Source: Mobula hypostoma (Eukaryota). Taken from it: 64,000 nt of DNA. Under the pieces are notes generated by a model. It was not told the DNA's origin. It did no database searches and saw only the letters and a program-made list of their open reading frames with translations. Shown here piece after piece: positions 52,943 through 64,000 of the stretch; within the stretch, counting starts at the first letter, position 1; each line of letters opens with the position of its first letter. A program made the position numbers and the translations under genes. The DNA is taken from positions 71,364,001 through 71,428,000 of the forward strand of contig NC_086097.1 in the NCBI RefSeq assembly GCF_963921235.1, in the 5' to 3' direction.

Positions 52943-53379
52943 GAAGAACGTTTTCTGAGACGAGACACCTGCCAAGCCTGATGTCACTCCATAGGTCCAG
53001 AGGCATAATCCTGGCAGAAACAGGCCACCACCCAAAAGACTGAATCACTAGAACTGTGAAGTTCGTTATGGACTGTTCTTGTGAAAGTATGTTTATTTGA
53101 ATATCATTTGTTAAAGGGAAATTGAGTATGTTTTGTACATATATAGTTTTATGTTGCATTAATCTGAAGGGGGAGGAAGAGTAATGTTGGGATCTATTTC
53201 TTTCAGAGCAATGACCCTCCCCCTTAGCACTAGGTATTGATCTGTTTTCTGCACGTGAGCTGTTATCTATGCATGTGCATTGTTCTCTCTCTTGCTCGTT
53301 GCAATGTGAATACACCAATGAAAGCCATCTCCCGCATGAGTGCTTTTATTTACTTGCTATGTAGTTGTGCACAGACACA

Positions 53380-53680
53380 TCCTTTCTATACCCCTCATAA
53401 TTTTATATACCTCTATCAAATCGCCCCTCATTCTCCTGTGCCCCAGGGAGTAAAGTCTTAACCTATTCAACCAATAACTCAGGTCTTCAGTCTCAGTAAC
53501 ATCCTTACAAATTTTCTCTGTTCTCTTTCAGTCTTGTTGATATCTTTCCTGCAGGTAGGTGACCAGATCTGCATACAGTACTCCAAGTTTGACCTCAGCA
53601 ACATCCTATACAACTTATACAACTCCTGTCCTCCATACTTCGATATATGATGCCACTTCTAAGGAATTATGTATTTGTAT
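53380..53680 (-). mobile_element. Decayed CR1 fragment
   Basis: LEYCMQIWSP..RKD, MRGDLIEVYKIMRG remnants on the minus strand. Confidence 0.75.
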
Positions 53681-54429
53681 TAAGAATTATGAATCTTTCA
53701 TCGGTTCTGAAGACTTCCAGGTGGGTATTTAATGAAAAACTGCAAATTGCCTGCAATATGTAGGTGAGTGGTAGGCTCTGGGGAGAATTGATGGGAATTT
53801 GGGGCAATTATGTAGAACTAGTGTGGCTGGGTCCTTAATGGTCATAACAGATTCAGTGGAGTGACAGGCCCAATTCTACGTTGTATAAACCCATGACTAA
53901 AATTATCAGCTCTGCTTTCAAACACCTCATGGATTCATCCGTTTTAATCTATGTAATCTCCTCTGACCTTGCAATTCTTGGAAATAGCAGCACTCCTTTA
54001 ATTCTTCTACATGCTGTCTTCCCTTCCAAGGCCCAAAGCATGAGAAAACCTTTTCTAATCCTGCCACTTCATGCTTCAATAAGGTGCATGCTACCTGACT
54101 GGATTGCAAACTTAGTTAACAACTTGTCTCTGGAATGTCTGAATGTACACATAATTTTAGCACATTAAATAGAATGTAGAAGTATCAAGAGTAATAAGTG
54201 AAAATTTGCTGATGCTATAAAGATATGTAGCAGTGTGGATTTTGAAGCTAATGTAGAGGCTTCAGGGGATAACAACAAATTATGAAAACAGATGGGCGTG
54301 GAAAGAAAGATAACATGCAAAGTTCTCTACACAGTCATAGCCATGCAGCATGAAACTTTATCCTTCTGCATCATTTACTAATCCCATTTTATTCTCTCCA
54401 CATTACCATCAACTCCTCCCAAATTATCG

Positions 54430-56110
54430 ATTCAAGATTCAAGATTGTTTAACATCATTGCCAATACACAAGTATAAAGGACAATGGAATAATTGTTACT
54501 CCAGATCTGATACAGCACAAAAATAACACAAAAGATAAAGAACACAAAGTAATAATAAAAAGCACAATAGATATAAATACATAATCGAGCTTATTTATGT
54601 AGCCCGCTCTTCAGGCTCGTATGGAAACTTGGCTCATCGCCAACCTCGCTAACAGCCACGGGACTCAGTAGCCACTTTTCATAAACAATAGGTATCTAGG
54701 GTTGGTATGATCTGAGGTTCAAACAAACAGGAACGTTGTGATGCTCCAATTAAAGAAACCTCAATTTAAGCAAGTGCTGCATAATTACTGGCTATACACA
54801 GTTGTTAGTCGGCAAGAAATAACAAAACATACACTGCATAAAGTTATAAAAAAAAGTATATTTACAAATTTTAGCTTTCTTGAACAGTTAATAGGAAAAA
54901 GAAAAGGGAAAAAAATAAAAGGTCCCATTACAATTAAACCAGTCTAAATGTGCCCATTGGTGTAGTTCATATAGAAGTAGCCTTTTATCCCCGCTCTGGA
55001 CCCATGGTCTGTTTGAAAGCACACACAACCTTCCGAACTTTGCTTGAAATCCATCTTGAACAAATGGGGGCTGTCTCTGGAGTATTGGACCTTCATCCTT
55101 GGAGCCATTTATCTGCACAAAGCACCTTGTGCAACGGAGATGCTCCATCCCAAGGCATCCTCAGCCATCCTTCCTCCTGTCCTCTCTGTAACACCCACCA
55201 AAAAGAAGATGAATCCCACCAATTTCTGTCACATATCTCTCTCCACCCAGCTGTCTCTAGATCTTTCTCCCAATTCCACCATCCTGATTGGCTGACACAA
55301 CATTCCTGAGTTGAACATCACAGCCCCTTATCTTTTCCTGAAACTCAAACATGCTACCAGCAAGACACTCTGCTTCTACAGAAAGCCACTAATTGAAATA
55401 CCCCACAGCATTAGCAGTAAAGATCTTAACCAGGGCATTAGATATACATAGATTGATTGTATGTCCATAAAGTGATGCTAGGCATGGGAGTGTCTGTACA
55501 TAGGGTGACTGACAGAAAATAATAAAGTAGTTGTGGTTGGGAGCTTGGAGGGGTGAGATAGTGAGTACTGATCAGCCTTTCAGCTTGGGGAAAGTAGCTG
55601 GTTTTGAGTCTGGTGGTCCTGGTGTGAATGCTATGTAGCCTCCTCCCTGATGGGAGTGAGACAAATAGTCCTTGTGCAGGGTGGGTGGATCCTTCATGAT
55701 GTCACTGGCCCTTTTCTGGCACCTTTCTGTATATATGTCCTTCCTGGTGGGTAGGCTGGTGCCAGTGATAGTTGGGCTGATTTGAATAGGCATTGTAGAA
55801 TGTTCCTGTCCACCACAGTGTAGTTTCCGTACCAAGCAGTGATGTAGCTTGTCAGGATGCTCTCTCCTGCACATCTCTAGAATGATATGAGTATGGAGGT
55901 GCAAAGTCCAGCTCTCTTCAGCCGTCTCTGAAAGTAGAGGCATTGGCCAGCTGTCCTGACTGTGTAAGATGTGTTCTGGGACCATGGGAGGTGGTATGTG
56001 ATGTGAACTCACAGGAGTTTGAAACAGCTTGCGGTTTCCACTGCTGTGCCATCAATGTACAGGAGGGGTGTGAGTGAAACGAGTTCTCCTGAAGTCAATA
56101 AAGATCTCCT
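54430..56110 (-). mobile_element. Rex1/Babar LINE 3' fragment interrupted by a solo LTR
   Basis: RC..ESILTSYITAWYGN, KDIYTERCQKRASDIMKDP, LPSGRR remnants at 55572-56100. (TCTTGAA)n tail near 54430-54445. Confidence 0.82.
54598..55442. mobile_element. Solo LTR of the same family as 61315-62135
   Basis: TGTAGCCC...GGGCATTAGA. Internal blocks shared with 61315-62135 (TATATTTACAAAT.T.AGCTTT, AGCACCTTGTGCAAC, TTCTCCCAATTCCACCATCCTGA). TSD-like TTTA/TATA. Confidence 0.75.
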
Positions 56111-56158
56111 TTACCACCTATCTACAAAGCCAGATCAACATTACAGTGGCAAATCAAC

Positions 56159-56392
56159 CTGTTGGGTATTTAATATCTCAGTAATATTGTAAATATATAG
56201 TTTGATTCATCATTCTTGCTGTTAAATAATTATTTATGGATTATATGTAGAAGTACATGAATAGCATACGACATCAAGCCACCACATCATACATGCGCGC
56301 CTCACTTCATGTGAAAACTAAAGTAAGACACACATTCCCAACTCGTGTTTCCCTTTCAATTAGTTTTATGTTTTGGAGTTACGAAACATAAC
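56159..56392. mobile_element. Probable short solo LTR inserted into a V/HE1-like SINE (SINE ~56100-56565, minus)
   Basis: TGTTGGGTATTTAATA...GTTACGAAACATAAC. The flanking SINE has GAGAACTTGCAAACTCTACACA and a tRNA-like head. Confidence 0.5.
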
Positions 56393-57093
56393 CCAGGCTA
56401 CCAACCCTTCTAATTTTTAGAATGTGAAGGGAACCAGAGCACGAGGAGAACACCAACACAGTTATAGTGAGAACTTGCAAACTCTACACAAACAGCACTA
56501 GAGGTCAGGATTCAACCCTGATCACTTGAGTTGTGACTTAGCAACTCAACAAGCTACACCACTGCTCTGGCACTTTGTCAGAGAAAAAAAATTAGAACAT
56601 CTGTATCCGGTATCTAAGACTAAATGAGTATTGCTCAAACCCCTCCTATTCTTCGGCACGATAGCTTAAAGTGGCACTTTGAAACGTCTTCAGTAATGGG
56701 AATGGAATCATTCAAAAGTGATTTCAGGGTATTACACAGGACTTTAGTGGAAAATGCAATTATTTTCGAAGTTGGCCTTTATGCTAGTTGATTTTGTTTT
56801 CATAACGCATTTGAATGGGTGAGTGGGTGAGAGGTTGAAAGGTTCAAAGGACCTGAGAGGTCCTGTACATTAATCACAGTAAGTTAATAGGCAGATAGAG
56901 TGAGCAATTAGGAAGGAAAATGGTGCATTGACCTTCACTGAGAGTAAATTTTAGTACAATGCCACATGAATTAATACCAACTGAAACAAATTCTGTTTGC
57001 TTCTAAACAATACTTTATCTTTTGTTCAATGCATTGTAGGAAGATGGACAATGTTCATTAAGTCCCACTGCATTCCACTTTTCTGGTTAAATA

Positions 57094-58063
57094 CATTCAG
57101 TGGCCACTTTACTAGGTATACCCCCTGCTTGATAATGCAAATATCTAATCAGCCAATTGTGTGTCAGTAACTCAATGCATAAAAGCATGCAGGCGTGGTC
57201 AAGAGGTTAAATTGTTGTTCAAACCAAATATCAGAATATGAAAGCAATGTGATCTAAGTGACTTTGACTATGGAATGATTGTTGGTGCCAAATGGGGTGG
57301 TTTGATTATCTCAGAAACAGCTAATCTCCTGGGATTCTCATGCAAAACAAAGTGCAAAATTCGAAGTTCAAGGTAGATTTATTATCAAAGTACACATATG
57401 TCACCATATACAACCCTGAGATTCATTTTCCATTATAGAATAATAACCATAATAGAATCAATGGAAGACCACACCAACTTGGGTGTTCAACCAGTGTATG
57501 AAAGACAACAAACTTTACAAATGCAAAAAGAAAGAAATAATAATATTAATATTATAATAAATAAGCAATATATATCAAGGACATTAGATAAAGGGTCTTT
57601 GAAAGTGTGTCTATAGGTTGTGGGAACAGCTCAATGATGAAGTGAAGTTGAGTGGGGTTATCACCTTTGGTTCAGGAGTCTGATGGCTGAGGGGTAATAA
57701 CCTGTGGTGTGAGTCCTTAGGCTCCTGTACCTCCTTCTTGATGGTCACAGTGAGAAGAGAGAATATCTTGGGTGATGGGGTCCCTGATGTTGGATGCTGC
57801 TATCCTGTGACAATGCTTCATGGAGATGAGCTCAATGGTGGGGAGGACAGAGGAGAATGACCAGCCTGTTTCAAGCTGACTGGAAGGTGAGAGTAACTCA
57901 ACTAACCATGTGTTACAACAGTGGTGTGTAGAAGATTGTCTCTGAACACACAACACATCGAACCTTGAAGTGGATGTGTGACAGCAGCATAAAACCATGA
58001 ACATACACTCAGTGGCCACTTTGTTAGGTACATGGGGGTATCTAATAATGTGGCCACTGTGTG
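57094..58063 (+). mobile_element. Tc1-derived non-autonomous element (family of 19508-20041) with a Rex1 fragment inserted at ~57350-57850
   Basis: TA|CATTCAGTGGCCACTTT...TAATAATGTGGCCACTGTGTG|TA. CDLSDFDYGMIVGA remnant. Extra internal TIR copy at 58005-58031. Confidence 0.88.
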
Positions 58064-58899
58064 TATATTACTGCACAGAATGAAGATGCTTAGAGAATTT
58101 TAATGTTTTTATGGCAGTCTTTGTGGCGAGAGAGTACAGTAAATTGGAAGCATTAGCAGTGTACTTTAGATTCAGCATTTAGCACTGTCGGTCTCCATTG
58201 TTAGCTTTTGACTAGGGTGAAATTTCTTCGGGGCTGCGAACCTGATCATGATTGGAACGACTGTCAGATTAGCTATTGCAGCTCCTACTGCAAATTGACA
58301 TTGTTGCAGTGGGCATGTAAAATCCGATTAAATCACCACCCGCATTACCTATAAAATCTAAACAATGAGAGGGGAACTAATAAATATCACTAGCATGAAC
58401 ATTTAGTATTGTCAACAGAGATACAGTGTGACTAATATGAGTCATTCCATAGTATCCTCCCTGCCAATGATATAATGAGATGACCAACTGATACTAGCAA
58501 TATTATTTTCAAATGACTCTTGCTGCACTGTACTACTGTTCTCTCCAGTTTGACGCTCTTTCTGACAACAGAGTGGCCAAAACAGCACAGAATGCTCCAA
58601 CCGCATTAAGTTATATAACTGTAACATTATGTCTTAAATCCCAAACCCGATGCCCTGACTGTTGAAGACCAGCACACTAAATGCCTTCTTCACCGTTGTC
58701 TCTACTTGCATGGCTCCTTTCAGTGAACTATCGGTTGCATTTCCTAGGGGGAGGCAAGGCCAAGAATATGGCCTGAGGTCCAGTAGTAGAAAGAAAGTTG
58801 ATGACTCTCTGAAGAACAACAGCAACGCCAAGCTGTCCATTAGAAATGGTATTCTTAGGAGACCAGCAGACATTGTTCAGCTTTAATGTGTCCCAGACT

Positions 58900-59996
58900 A
58901 TAGATCACAAGACAAAGGAGCAGAAGTAGTCCATTCGGCCCATCGAGTCTGCTCCGCAGCTCCCCCATGAGCTAAACTATTCACCCATCTGGTTCCAATT
59001 TCCAGCTTTTTCCCCATATCCCTTGATACCCTGACTAATTAGATACCTGTCAATCTCCTCCTTAAACACCCTCAATGATCGGGCCTCCACAGCCATATGT
59101 GGCAACGAATTCCACAAATCCACGACCCTCTGGCTAAAAAAATTTCTCCTCATCTCTGTTTTAACTGCGTACCCTCTAATTCTAAGACTGTGGCCTCTTG
59201 TTCTGGACTCACCCACCAAGGGAAACAACCTTTCCACATCTACTCTGTCCAACCCTTTCAACATTCGAAACGTTTCTATGAGATCCCCTCTCATTCTTCG
59301 ATACTCTAATGAATACAATTTAAGAGCCGACAGACGCTTTTCATATGTTAGCCCCTGCATTCCAGGAATCATCCTCGTAAATCTTCTCTGCACTCTCTCC
59401 AACATCAGTATATCCGTTCTAAGATAGAGGGCCCAAAACTGCACACAGTATTCCAAATGAGGTCTCACTAATGCCCCATAGAGCCTCATCAACACTTCCT
59501 TACTCTTATACACTATTCCTCTTGAAATGAATGCCAACATAGCATTCGCTTTCCTTACCGTCAATCCAACTTGGTGGTTAACCTTTAGGGTATCTTGCAC
59601 GAGGACCCCCAAGTCCCTTTGCACTTCCGATTTTTGAATTTTCTCCCTATCTAAATAATAATCTGCCCGATTATTTCTTCTTCTGAAATGTACAACCGTA
59701 CATTTGTCAACTTTGTATCTCATCTGCCATTTCTTTGCCCACTCTCCTAAACTGACTAAGTCTCTCTGCAACCTTTCCGTTTCTTCAACATTTCCTGCTC
59801 CTCCACCTATTTTGGTGTCATCCGCAAACTTGGCCGCAAAACCATTTAATCCATAATCCAAATCATCGATATACATCGTAAAAAGAAGCGGCCCCAACAC
59901 CGACCCCTGCGGAACACCACTAGTAACCGGCAACCAATCAGAATAGGATCCCTTTATTCTCACCCTTTGCTTTCTGCCTATCAGCCAATGCTCCAC
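58900..59996 (-). mobile_element. Young 5'-truncated CR1 LINE, RT C-half in one open frame
   Basis: ORF 58977-60122: WLIGRKQRV...[20 protein letters not shown]...KFADDTK...[13 protein letters not shown]...FFSQRVV.LWNSLP, no stops over ~340 codons. Confidence 0.96.
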
Positions 59997-61314
59997 ATAA
60001 TTCCCCTTCTGCGACTTGCAGGTCCACGCCAGCTCGAACACACCCCTCACCCACCACGGCTGTCTGCTTGAATGATTCAATGTCACCCAAGGAATGAACG
60101 CAGTGCTCCAGCTACACAACAATCTACAGTATGGACATACTTATTTCTGACTTTGGTCCCTCTTCGCCTGGAAAACTGCCCTAAGTTGGCTAACAGATGG
60201 TTGAGATATTACTGAGTCAGCCCAAGGCTCCAAAGAGTCAATAAATCTTGAATGGATTGCTGCCTGACCCAATAGCTGCTGTGGGATGAGATTGTTAATG
60301 TACTACCTCCAGATTATCTCCGTGTGCAACAAAGCAGGTTGGCCTTGTCGGACATGCTTACCCACACCTCGCAATCTGGTGTGTGTAAGCATACCCAGCA
60401 AGGCCAACCTTCACAATTTTTGCTTAGCAATTGTTTTTTTTACCTGACACTAAATAAAACCCCTTTGCATTAAAGTGGTTTTGCGGTTTAGCGTCTGTTT
60501 TTTCTCCAACTGGCGATTCTCATTGGGGACGCCTACCCACACCTGATAGCGAGGTGCGACATTGTGTATTGCAGTTCCTTGTATTGTGTAAAGCAGGCTT
60601 GTCAATGCACCAAATATCCTTTCATGTTTCAACACCAGGCTTTGCCTAAAGTAGCTTTTAGTACTGACTCTGAAGACTATTAATATACGGACACCCTCCC
60701 TAGGGTGTCCACCAAATTGCAGCATACTGGTGCTCTCTGCCCTTGCAGTACATGGCCATATCAGGCACAATGATTCAGCGCACTCTGGTCTTCCTTTCCT
60801 TCTTCACCTGCTTCCATATGCTCCTGTTGCTCCTCCTTCTGTTCAGGGAGCTGGATTGCACTGGTTTACCACAAAAACCAGCTGCTTTATTTAGACTTTG
60901 CTAGATCTCATTGCTATATGATGAAAAGCATGTTAATTTGCTTGTGTATGAAGCACCATCAAAAGATACCAGTCATGACCTATTGCTGCAAATTCTGTGG
61001 TACATGAAGCCAAGAAACAGTCTTTCCTTTACATGTTCTGCACTTGCTATGTGCATGGAAAAGTATGGTCAGGTGCAGCAGTAGTTTCAGAGTATGGGGT
61101 GATTACAAGATAAGGTTTAGTGGCGGATATTAGGTCATCTCTTGTGGGGTGCTGAGAAACTCCGGGGATCTGGAGATCTGATTGAGTCATTAGGAAAATG
61201 CATTATTAGCTGTTGCAAGAGGCAGGGATTGTTCTTGCAACTTAGTGGGAGGGTGAAATGTTGTCCTGCCAAATAATAACAGCATGATTAGAGGAGTGGT
61301 AAAAGCAAAGCTTG

Positions 61315-62135
61315 TGAAACCCCCTTCTACCAAGCATCTCTAGAAATTCAGCTCATTAGCCCCTTGCTAACAAGGCAATAGACTCAGCAGTTCGAAAACT
61401 ATCTGTCTTGAATTCCATACGTCTAGGGTTGATATGACTTGGGACCCATCAGACCGCAAGAGCCGGGATGTTTTGACCACCCGCATCTCAATCTGAGCGA
61501 ATACTGTGTAAATGCTGCTGTTGGGCAAGGGAATAATGGATTGTACACCACGTACAATTATAAAGAAAATATATTTACAAATATCAGCTTTATCGAACAT
61601 TTAGGAAAGGAAAAAGAAAAAAATAAAAAGGGCCAATTACAGTTAACCCAGTCCAAATTTGCACATAAGTTGGAGCTCACCTTAAGGTTGTCTTTAGCTC
61701 ATGCGCTGGACCCATGGTCGGTGTGAAAGTATACATCATTTTCTGAATGTTGTGCAAAATCCATCTCAAACAAATGGGCTCCTCCATGGGAGTACTGGTC
61801 CTTTCTCCTGAAAGCCATTCACCTGCATCAAGCACCTTGTGCAACAGGGACAGCATCCTCAGCCATTTTTCCTCCTGTCCTCTCCCAGATCCCACCAAAA
61901 AGACATCAACCCATACCAGTGTCCATCACAAAAACCGCTCTGCCCAGTGTTCTCTAGAATCTTCTCCCAATTCCACCATCCTGAATCCCTGGCACAACAC
62001 TCCAAAGTTGAACAATAGCCCCTTATCTTTAGCTCAAACTCAAACAGGCTGAAAGCAGAACAGACTGCTCTTATAGAACTGCTAAAATTCAACTTCCTGC
62101 AGCATAGAAGTAAAAACCTTAACCATGGTGTTGCA
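61315..62135. mobile_element. Solo LTR with 4-bp TSD CTTG
   Basis: TGAAACCC...GGTGTTGCA. CTTG at 61311-61314 and 62136-62139. Homologous to 54598-55442. Confidence 0.8.
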
Positions 62136-62621
62136 CTTGTGATTAGATTCTGAATGCAGTGCAGGATCTTGAAATGGGAGTTGATGATTGGTGAGAGAGG
62201 GAAAGATGTATTTAATGTGGAAGAGCTATCATTTAGCCTACTTGAGGACCTATTCGAGGTATGTTCCCAATGTTAAATTATTTAGCCTGGGACCTTTGAT
62301 TAATGATGGAGTGGGCCTTGCACACTGTGAAGGTTTGCTTCTACATCAGTGAGCCAAACCATGCATGGGCCACAGCAGAATTCTTTTAAATCATGAAAGA
62401 GGCATTAAGATGTGAATTGTAGACTAATGGACATTATTACAAGTCAAACACACAAAGTACATGAAGGACTCTTGGTTCAATGCACAAGTTGCAAATTTCC
62501 TCCATTAAAATTTTCATTGGAAATCAATTGTGAGGTACATGAACATTGTCCTCTGCAACAGGATTTCTGGGCCAGCTTTATTCATTAAAGAAAACTTTGG
62601 TGATCAAATAAAGAACACTGT

Positions 62622-64000
62622 TGTGATGTTTGAAATGATTGTTTAGCCCAATTACTCCCCTTAGCACTGATTATGGGCAGATAACTACGCATGTGCATTA
62701 ATCTGTTCTCTCTCTCTCTCTCTTCAATATGATTACACCAGTTAAAGCCACCTCCGCTTGTGTGTCTTTATTTAATTGATATGTAGTTGTACAGACACAA
62801 CAAATTGGCGACAAGTGAAAACCTGAATGTCAGCAAATGTCACCAACTGCACAGACAGTTACAGGACGACAGACTTCGGAGGAAGGGGGAGAGACAGTGA
62901 GAGGAAAGAGTGAATCAGTATGGAGAAGACAGTCACTGACACCAACAAAGGGCACATGATTAACTGTATATACACAGTGAAAGATGCAGAACTAGCAAAA
63001 TTAAAGTGAAAATAACGTGACACTGGCCTTAGTCAGGGAAGTTGACAAATTTGATAGTGCTAATGAAGACCGTGAACAGTATATCAAGAAGGTTGAAATG
63101 TATTGTAATGCAATTGACCTGGATGAGGAAGAGAAAGCCTCCATGCTTCTTCGCTTAATGGGTGCTAAAACGTACAATCTCTTATAAATTAACAACTCCT
63201 GAAAAGTCAACAAACAAGAACTTCGATGGAATTGTTGCAATCTTACAGAACCACTTGAGCCCAAAACTACCAATAATAGCTGAAAGATTTAGACTTCAAA
63301 GAAGGAACCAGAAAAGGAATGAAAGCACTTTTGTATACTCTGCAGTACTGTGCAAACTTTCTCAATACTGTGACTTTAGAGATGGATTTTCTGACGCATT
63401 AAGAGACAGGCTTGTACATGGCATGCCTAGTCAAAGCACTCAAAAGAGGCCACTGTCTTAAAGAGACCTACCCTTGGAAAGGGCATTGACCATTGCATAA
63501 AGTGACTGAATGTGAAATTGAATCAGATAACACAGAGTCTGACAAAAGTGAACTGGCATGCCTAGAACTGTATAGCATTACAAAAGCAGATCACAAAACA
63601 TATGGATCACAACAGATGTGTCTGATGTAAAACTGAAAATAGAGCTGGTTACAGGGTCAGCTTTGTCCATAATTTCATACACAGATGACAACAGACTGTT
63701 TTCTAAGCTGCCCCTTGAAAAGACTTCAGTGATGCTAAAGGCCTACAGAGGTGAGGAAGTTTCTTCCAAAGGCAAACTGAAAGTGAATGTGATGTACAGA
63801 GGCGTACCAACGAGACTGGCACACGATCAAAGCTCTCAATGTGGCATTAATAAGCAACTGCAGCCCAGATGGTAGCACTGATCAGTGACTGTCTCAGCTG
63901 CTTAATACTAATGAGAAGGTTTGAGAAGGGGATTCGTAATCTCAGGGGCATGAAGGCCAGAAATGAACTGGACGAACTGCAACACCAAGATTCCATAAAG
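62622..64000 (+). mobile_element. Gypsy copy D (family of A/B/C): 5' LTR 62622-62802, PBS, decayed gag/protease; runs off the window
   Basis: LTR ends CACAACA then AATTGGCGACAAG (PBS similar to the complement of the tRNA-Ser(GCU) 3' end). IAERFRL..RNQ, LRDRLVHG, ELVTGSALS. Gag lacks the Penelope insert (GCAATCTTACAGAACCACTTG at ~63237). Confidence 0.9.

Larger units (their letters stand above)
48936..53379 (+). mobile_element. Gypsy copy B, inverted relative to A; 5' LTR 48936-49120, 3' LTR ~53180-53379
   Basis: PBS-like TGGTGATGAG after the LTR. Same gag/protease/integrase remnants and same RT deletion as A. PPT GAAGGGGGAGGAAGAG. No matching TSD at the 3' end. Confidence 0.92.

Noticed and set aside
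58977..60122. 381-aa ORF as a functional reverse transcriptase gene
   Set aside because: 5'-truncated CR1 lacking the endonuclease and RT N-terminal motifs. The first ~42 codons are flanking DNA with a non-ATG start.
60450..61100. Possible Harbinger transposase relic or 106-aa ORF
   Set aside because: Only an acidic GAA/GAG-rich patch on the minus strand; no catalytic motifs readable.
1..64000. CRISPR arrays, operons, rRNA or other prokaryotic systems
   Set aside because: No regularly spaced repeats or dense gene organisation; the sequence is vertebrate and repeat-rich.

Overview
Vertebrate genomic DNA, very likely from a cartilaginous fish (ray or shark). This is inferred from the repeat content: CR1 LINEs with (TTTCTATG)n tails, Rex1/Babar LINEs, Penelope-like elements, V- and Deu-type SINEs. 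I could not recognise any intact host protein-coding gene. Almost every long ORF is a retroelement fragment or its antisense shadow. About half the window is mobile-element debris: CR1 and Rex1/Babar LINEs, five decayed Gypsy LTR pieces (one complete with both LTRs and a 5-bp TSD), solo LTRs, Tc1- and Tigger-derived MITEs and tRNA-SINEs, separated by AT-rich unique islands that may be enhancers. The most notable structures are: (1) a ~4-kb inverted duplication (about 36.3-40.4 kb vs 48.56-52.1 kb) of a composite Rex1+Gypsy+Penelope unit that appears to have been copied into a second Gypsy element and contains a 324-bp perfectly identical tract; (2) several decayed minimal hammerhead-ribozyme motifs in Penelope-derived repeats, some in fold-back arrangements; (3) a three-level nested insertion with readable TSDs that includes a Nimb/I-like LINE 3' end; (4) a ~90-bp locally templated capture at a LINE 5' junction; (5) a 75-nt hairpin, a CTCF motif and weak candidate micro-exons. 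Family names come from motif recognition by eye, not database searches, and most coordinates outside TSD-defined ends are approximate.
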